A DNA stretch of 64,000 nt from an uncultured Gammaproteobacteria bacterium (GTDB taxonomy: Bacteria; Pseudomonadota; Gammaproteobacteria; JACCXJ01): assembly GCA_963764725.1 (NCBI GenBank), contig CAVXTM010000009.1:106867-170866 (forward strand). Reading direction: 5' to 3'. Below, piece after piece: positions 58,692-64,000 of the stretch. The notes below the pieces were generated by a model. It was not told where the DNA came from. It did not search any database and saw only the letters and a list, made by a program, of their open reading frames with translations. The translations under genes were made by a program, and so were the position numbers. Position 1 is the first letter of the stretch. Each line of letters begins with the position of its first letter.

Positions 58692-59015
58692 TTACCCCCG
58701 CTTCGTCCGGCTTTCTTTCTCGCTGATGCCCGACTGTCCGAAACGCCGTTCAAGCTCGGCCAGCACCTCGCCCGGCCCGCTGCCGGCCGCGGCCAACATG
58801 ACCAGGCTATGAAACCAGAGGTCCGCGGTCTCATGAATAAGCTGATGGCGATCACCGCTTTTAGCCGCGAGTATGGTTTCGATGGTTTCCTCACCGAGCT
58901 TTTTCAAGATCGCGTCGAGGCCCTGTGCGTAGAGACTCGCGACGTAGGACGCGCTTTGCGGCGCGCCCTTGCGCGCCTCGATGACAGTGGCGAGGCGGTC
59001 CAGGACAGTGCTCAT
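58692..59015 (-). CDS. hisE: Phosphoribosyl-ATP pyrophosphatase
   Basis: [20 protein letters not shown]. Confidence 0.95.
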   Translation of the reverse strand: MSTVLDRLATVIEARKGAPQSASYVASLYAQGLDAILKKLGEETIETILAAKSGDRHQLIHETADLWFHSLVMLAAAGSGPGEVLAELERRFGQSGISEKESRTKRG

Positions 59016-59061
59016 GGCTCATGCCGCATCTTATCGCCGATCAAGCGCCCGCCGCACGCTT

Positions 59062-59484
59062 TTATCCCGAGCCGTAAATCCGGGCCGGGTCCTCGAGGAT
59101 CGCGGCATCGGCAATCCAATGATCACGCTCAAGGCGCTCGAAGAAACAACTGTGCCTACCGGTGTGACAGGCGATGCCGCCCGCTTGTTCCACGATCAGG
59201 AGCACGGCGTCGCGGTCACAGTCCAAACGGATCTCGACCACATGCTGGGTATGGCCGGATTGCTCGCCCTTGCGCCATAGCGCTTGCCGTGAGCGCGACC
59301 AGTAGAAGGCCTGCTTCGTCTCGGCGGTCAGACGCAGCGCCTCGCGATTCATCCATGCCAGCATAAGAACCTTGCCCGAGCCCGCTTCCTGCGTCACCAC
59401 GGGTGCCAGTCCGTCTTCACTCCAGGCGACTCTATCCAGCCACTCTGTCGCCTGCGACGTGATCTCGCTTTGCATGGTGCTCAC
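59062..59484 (-). CDS. hisI: Phosphoribosyl-AMP cyclohydrolase
   Basis: [29 protein letters not shown]. Confidence 0.95.
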   Translation of the reverse strand: MSTMQSEITSQATEWLDRVAWSEDGLAPVVTQEAGSGKVLMLAWMNREALRLTAETKQAFYWSRSRQALWRKGEQSGHTQHVVEIRLDCDRDAVLLIVEQAGGIACHTGRHSCFFERLERDHWIADAAILEDPARIYGSG

Positions 59485-59490
59485 GATAGC

Positions 59491-60267
59491 TTAAAGGCGG
59501 ACCTCGATGCCAGCCTCGCGCATCCGTTCCTTCGCGGCGCGCACCGTATACAGACCGAAATGAAAAATGCTCGCGGCGAGCAGCGCATCGGCTTTCCCAA
59601 TACAGACGCCGTCCACCAGGTGATCGAGGTTGCCCACGCCCCCCGAGGCGATGACGGGGATGCCCACCGCCTCGGCGATCTCTCGGGTCAAAGCGAGATC
59701 GAATCCGTCACGGGTGCCGTCGCGGTCCATGCTGGTCAGCAAGAGCTCTCCGGCGCCGAGTTGTTCCATCTTGGCGGCCCATGCACGGGCGTCGATCCCG
59801 GTGCCATTTCTTCCGCCGTGGGTGTAAACCTCCCACCGCGGCGAGCCCTCGTTCGCGGCAGGCGCGGCCCGGGCGTCGATGGCCACCACGATGCACTGGG
59901 AACCGAAGCGGTCCGATGCTAGGCGCACCAACTCCGGATCGCGCACCGCCGCGGTATTGATGCTGACCTTGTCGGCGCCCGCGTTCAGGAGCCGGCGTAT
60001 ATCTTCGACGCTTCGGATCCCGCCGCCGACGGTCAACGGAATAAATACTTGGGCCGCGACGGCCTCGACCACGTGCACTAGCGTATCGCGCGCGTCGCGG
60101 CTGGCCGTGATATCCAGGAACGCCAATTCGTCAGCGCCTTGCTCATCATAGCGGTGCGCAATCTCGACCGGATCGCCGGCATCGCGGATGTCGAGGAATT
60201 TCACCCCCTTGACCACCCGACCGGCGTCCACGTCCAGGCAGGGAATAATGCGTTTAGCGAGCCCCAT
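59491..60267 (-). CDS. hisF: Imidazole glycerol phosphate synthase HisF
   Basis: [31 protein letters not shown]. Confidence 0.96.
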   Translation of the reverse strand: MGLAKRIIPCLDVDAGRVVKGVKFLDIRDAGDPVEIAHRYDEQGADELAFLDITASRDARDTLVHVVEAVAAQVFIPLTVGGGIRSVEDIRRLLNAGADKVSINTAAVRDPELVRLASDRFGSQCIVVAIDARAAPAANEGSPRWEVYTHGGRNGTGIDARAWAAKMEQLGAGELLLTSMDRDGTRDGFDLALTREIAEAVGIPVIASGGVGNLDHLVDGVCIGKADALLAASIFHFGLYTVRAAKERMREAGIEVRL

Positions 60268-61009
60268 CATCCGCAATCCGTGCGCCGTCGGCGAGCCGTT
60301 GGGCCTTCTTAAAATCAAGGCTGCCCTCGTAGATCGCCCGGCCCGTGATGGCCCCCTCGATGCCTTCGTGCGCGACTTCGCATAGGCCGCGTATGTCATC
60401 GAGATTGCGGATCCCGCCTGCGGCGATGACGGGCACGGTGATCTCGCGCGCCAAGGCCACGGTGGCCTGGACATTGACGCCGTTCATCATCCCATCGCGG
60501 CTGATGTCGGTGTAGACGATGGCGGTAACGCCTTCCTGCTCGAAACGCTGGGCGAGATCGGCCGCGGTGTGATGAGAAAGCTTCGACCAACCCTCGAGTG
60601 CGAGCTTGCCGTCGCGTACATCCAGCCCGACCATGACATGCCCCGGGAATTCTATGCACATGTCCGAGACGAAATGCGGTGTCGTCACTGCCTTGGTGCC
60701 GATGATGACGTATCGCACTCCGGCGTCGAGATAGGATTGAATCGTGTCTTCGTCGCGGATCCCGCCTCCCACTTGGACCGGCACGTCCGGGAGACTTTGG
60801 CAAATGCCGCGGATGACAGCAGCGTTGACAGGTTTACCGACCGTCGCCCCATTCAGGTCGACGACGTGGAGGCGGCGCGCTCCCGCCGCGACCCAATGCC
60901 TGGCCATGGCCAGCGGGTCTTCCGAATACAGGGTGTCTTGATCCATACGGCCCTGCCGCAAGCGCACGCACTTACCGTCCTTCAGGTCAATCGCGGGAAT
61001 CAGCAACAT
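60254..61009 (-). CDS. hisA: ProFAR isomerase HisA
   Basis: [29 protein letters not shown]. Confidence 0.96.
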   Translation of the reverse strand: MLLIPAIDLKDGKCVRLRQGRMDQDTLYSEDPLAMARHWVAAGARRLHVVDLNGATVGKPVNAAVIRGICQSLPDVPVQVGGGIRDEDTIQSYLDAGVRYVIIGTKAVTTPHFVSDMCIEFPGHVMVGLDVRDGKLALEGWSKLSHHTAADLAQRFEQEGVTAIVYTDISRDGMMNGVNVQATVALAREITVPVIAAGGIRNLDDIRGLCEVAHEGIEGAITGRAIYEGSLDFKKAQRLADGARIADDGAR

Positions 61010-61198
61010 CGGGATGGGCCGGCGAGAGGTCCGTTTCGAGGCTAGTCGCGAGTCAAAGAGGCGAGAACGTTGGTTTCCAATAATAGTAGCACAAGCCGCT
61101 CGATATGCGAGTCCCGCGCTGATCCGGGCGCGCGGCTGAATTCGCTGTGGGTATAATAGCCGGTGATCCATTGCAAGCGCTGCTTTCGGGGTTTTGGA

Positions 61199-61960
61199 AT
61201 GATGCTAGAAATCCACGCTCGGTCTACTCGGACCGGCCGCCATTTTTTGCGCGCGATTATTGTCCTCTGGGTCTTTACTGCCTCCGGCTACGCACAGGTA
61301 GAGGTGAAAGGCATCCCCGGCGCGGAGTTGCAGGCCATCCAGAAGTCCTACCAAAAGGGCGACTATGCGAGGGTCGTGCGGGATCTGACGCCGCTTGCCG
61401 AACGCGGGGATATGGAGGCGCAGTACCAGCTCGCTCGCATGTACGCGAATGGGCGCGGGGTCCCTCGCGACCAGACGCAGGCGGCGAAGTGGTTTGAAAA
61501 AGCTACAGCCGTGCTCGATCCGGGCGCCCAGTTTAACCTCGGCATCATGTATTTCGAAGGCCAGGGCGTACCCAAGGATTACGGGCAAGCCGCGCATTGG
61601 TTCAAGAGGGCCGGTGAGCGAGGTGATTCCGAGGCGCTCTTCAATCTTGGCCTGATGTACGACGACGGCAAGGGGGTGCGCCGAGACGTGACGGAAGCGG
61701 TCCTATGGTATAAGCGGGCCGCGGAACTTGGCCTCAAGCAAGCCCAACTCATGTTGGCCGGAATGTACCGCGATGGCGCGGGCGTATCCAAGGACGCAAC
61801 CCTCGCCTATTTATGGTATGCCATGGCCGCAGAACAGGACGATAAGGATGCCGCGGCTCAGCGCGATCGGCTTGCCAAGCGATTGAGCCCCTCCCAGTAT
61901 AAAGAAGCCATCCGGATGCTGCACGAGTTGCAGGTTCAGGGTCATGCGCGTGGCGGATAA
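61199..61960 (+). CDS. Sel1-like repeat protein
   Basis: Repeats of AQ(F/Y)xLGxMYxxGxGVxxD...AxxWF. Confidence 0.9.
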   Translation: MMLEIHARSTRTGRHFLRAIIVLWVFTASGYAQVEVKGIPGAELQAIQKSYQKGDYARVVRDLTPLAERGDMEAQYQLARMYANGRGVPRDQTQAAKWFEKATAVLDPGAQFNLGIMYFEGQGVPKDYGQAAHWFKRAGERGDSEALFNLGLMYDDGKGVRRDVTEAVLWYKRAAELGLKQAQLMLAGMYRDGAGVSKDATLAYLWYAMAAEQDDKDAAAQRDRLAKRLSPSQYKEAIRMLHELQVQGHARGG

Positions 61961-61986
61961 GCGACGGCTCAGCTCATTGTGAAGGC

Positions 61987-62808
61987 ATGCAAGAATTCAT
62001 TATCAGCCACGAAGCCGCTATCCGCCTGGCCTTTTTCGCCGGCGTGTTCGCGATCATGTGCCTGTGGGAATTCAAGGCGCCTAAGCGTGCGCTCGCGCTA
62101 GCGCGAGCGGAGCGGTGGAGCGGCAATCTCGCCCTCACCGCCCTGAATACCGTCCTGCTGCGATTGGTTTTCCCGGGCGCGGCGGTCGGCATGGCGCTTT
62201 TCGCGCAGCGGCAAGGCTGGGGAGCACTCAATTACATCGAATGCCCGGAAGCGCTCGCGTTCGTAATCTCCGTGATCGTGCTCGATTTCGCCATCTATCT
62301 CCAACACGTCATGTTTCATGCGTTGCCCCTATTGTGGCGGTTGCATCGGGTTCATCACGCGGACCTCGACTTGGACGTGAGCACCGGGACGCGCTTTCAT
62401 CCCCTCGAGATCCTATTATCGATGGTGATCAAATTCGCGGTGATCGCCGCGCTGGGGCCGTCGGCTGCGGCGGTCCTCGCCTTCGAGGTCCTACTCAATG
62501 CCACCTCGATGTTTAATCACAGCAATGTACGCATGCCGGAACGTATCGATCACCGCTTACGATGGTTGGTGGTGACGCCCGACATGCACCGGGTGCATCA
62601 TTCCATTGAAGAGGACGAGACCAATTCCAACTTCGGTTTCAACCTCCCTTGGTGGGATCGCCTGTTCGGGACTTACCGCCATGCGCCGAGGAAGGGCCAT
62701 ACCGAGATGGTCCTCGGTATCCGGACATTTCGCGATCCTCTGAAGGTGGATCGGCTCGGGGGCATGCTGACCCTACCGTTCATCGGAAAGTCGGCGGCTA
62801 CGCGATAA
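61987..62808 (+). CDS. Sterol desaturase / fatty acid hydroxylase family protein
   Basis: His boxes HVMFH, HRVHH, FNH, HRVHH. Confidence 0.9.
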   Translation: MQEFIISHEAAIRLAFFAGVFAIMCLWEFKAPKRALALARAERWSGNLALTALNTVLLRLVFPGAAVGMALFAQRQGWGALNYIECPEALAFVISVIVLDFAIYLQHVMFHALPLLWRLHRVHHADLDLDVSTGTRFHPLEILLSMVIKFAVIAALGPSAAAVLAFEVLLNATSMFNHSNVRMPERIDHRLRWLVVTPDMHRVHHSIEEDETNSNFGFNLPWWDRLFGTYRHAPRKGHTEMVLGIRTFRDPLKVDRLGGMLTLPFIGKSAATR

Positions 62809-62943
62809 AACGCGGACTCTAAGGGTCGAAAACTCCGAGCGAACCGCTCATCCCAAAGCGTTGGAGCACATTTTACAACGCCGCTGAGGGATAGCATCTG
62901 AATGGGATACGAGCCAACTCACTGCTATAGTAAGCATACGCCT

Positions 62944-63804
62944 ATGACCACCGATCGAAGGCATGTCCCGCAATTAGAGCCGGGCATCCATGTTGATTTA
63001 CAGGGACGCCGAACCTATGCGGATTATCTTTGCCTGGATCGGCTCCTGGATGCGCAACACCCTTTGAGCGATCCACCGCATCACGATGAATTGCTGTTTA
63101 TCATCCAACATCAGATCTCGGAACTCTGGTTCAAGTTGACTTTGCATGAGCTTACAGCGGCTTGCGCTCACATACGCAGGGATATGCTCGATCCGTGCTT
63201 CAAGATTCTCGCGCGGGTCAAGATGATCCAGCGGCAACTGTTCGAGCAATGGGGCGTGTTGGAGACGTTGACACCAAGCGAATATGCAAAATTCCGGCAT
63301 GTCCTAGGGCCGGCCTCCGGGCTGCAGTCGGCGCAATACCGTGCCATCGAATACATACTCGGCAATAAAAACGCCGCCATGCTGGCAATCTTCAAACATG
63401 ACGAAAAGACTTACCAAGCGCTGAAATCCGTTCTCGAAAGTCCGAGCATTTATGATGAGTTTCTCAGCCATTTACGGCGCCGGGGGCATGCCGTACCCGA
63501 TGCTTGCATCGCGCGCGATTGGTCACAACCCTATCAGCGCAATTCAGCACTCATCCCCGTGTTCAAGGCGATCTACGATGCGCCACATGCGCATTGGGAC
63601 GCCTACAACATGTGCGAGAAACTGGTCAACGTCGAAGAGAACTTCCTACTCTGGCGATTCCGTCATGTTAAAACCGTGGAGCGCATCATCGGCTACAAAC
63701 GCGGTACCGGGGGGTCTTCAGGCGTCGCGTTCCTGAAACAGGCCCTAGATCTAACGTTTTTCCCCGAGCTTTTCGATGTCCGTACCGAGATTGGGACCCC
63801 TTAG
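62944..63804 (+). CDS. kynA: Tryptophan 2,3-dioxygenase
   Basis: [40 protein letters not shown]. Confidence 0.95.
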   Translation: MTTDRRHVPQLEPGIHVDLQGRRTYADYLCLDRLLDAQHPLSDPPHHDELLFIIQHQISELWFKLTLHELTAACAHIRRDMLDPCFKILARVKMIQRQLFEQWGVLETLTPSEYAKFRHVLGPASGLQSAQYRAIEYILGNKNAAMLAIFKHDEKTYQALKSVLESPSIYDEFLSHLRRRGHAVPDACIARDWSQPYQRNSALIPVFKAIYDAPHAHWDAYNMCEKLVNVEENFLLWRFRHVKTVERIIGYKRGTGGSSGVAFLKQALDLTFFPELFDVRTEIGTP

Positions 63805-64000
63805 AGAAATCGGCGCCGGTGCCAGGCGCGGCGCAACCGCTCCAATCACGCCCGCCCCCGACCGAGAACTGCGCTTGCGGAATCGCGTTGAATATCCTAT
63901 CGTTCCCCTTGGTCGGTGACGAGATCGATGACCGTCACGATCGCCGCTGCGCCGCAGGTGCTGGCCAGGCTACGAGCATCGCCCCGAGCGCACTCATCGG

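Noticed and set aside
63805-64000. Possible gene start or end at the window edge
   Set aside because: Too short to assign a strand or product.

Overview
A GC-rich bacterial chromosomal segment. Gene content and order (crp-yhfA, metA, flhG-fliA-cheY, trxB, tatABC, hisAFIE) point to a Gammaproteobacterium; this is an inference. Layout: (1) 5-oxoprolinase. (2) A decayed accessory region (~4.05-11.86 kb) abutting the 3' end of tRNA-Arg(CCT). It holds relics of a tyrosine recombinase/IS91 pair, an integron-cassette-like DUF3800 gene with a pseudoknot-forming leader, two RAYT relics with REP-like hairpins, GNAT and HD-domain genes, an alpha-dioxygenase-like heme peroxidase and an exported SLOG-like protein. 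(3) MarR, ATPase-metA, a degenerate HD-GYP gene and a degenerate GGDEF gene (both behind sigma28-like promoters), and crp/osmC. (4) A pilin + ABC module behind a 360-bp mini-IS5. (5) A sensor kinase destroyed by IS256::IS630 and a second IS256. (6) An isolated flhG-fliA-cheY unit divergent from a Che2-like chemosensory operon. (7) The most unusual locus: two divergent exported lysyl-oxidase-family genes, one of them heading a co-oriented run of SMR-like transporter, SET-domain methyltransferase, AlgE-like barrel, CHASE4-type kinase, response regulator and REC-PAS-GGDEF-EAL protein. (8) Housekeeping genes (peptide ABC ATPases, acyl-CoA thioesterase, M16 peptidase, trxB, tat, his, Sel1 protein, sterol desaturase family, kynA) with a two-copy structured intergenic repeat and a MITE. 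All calls come from motif recognition by eye; no searches were run.
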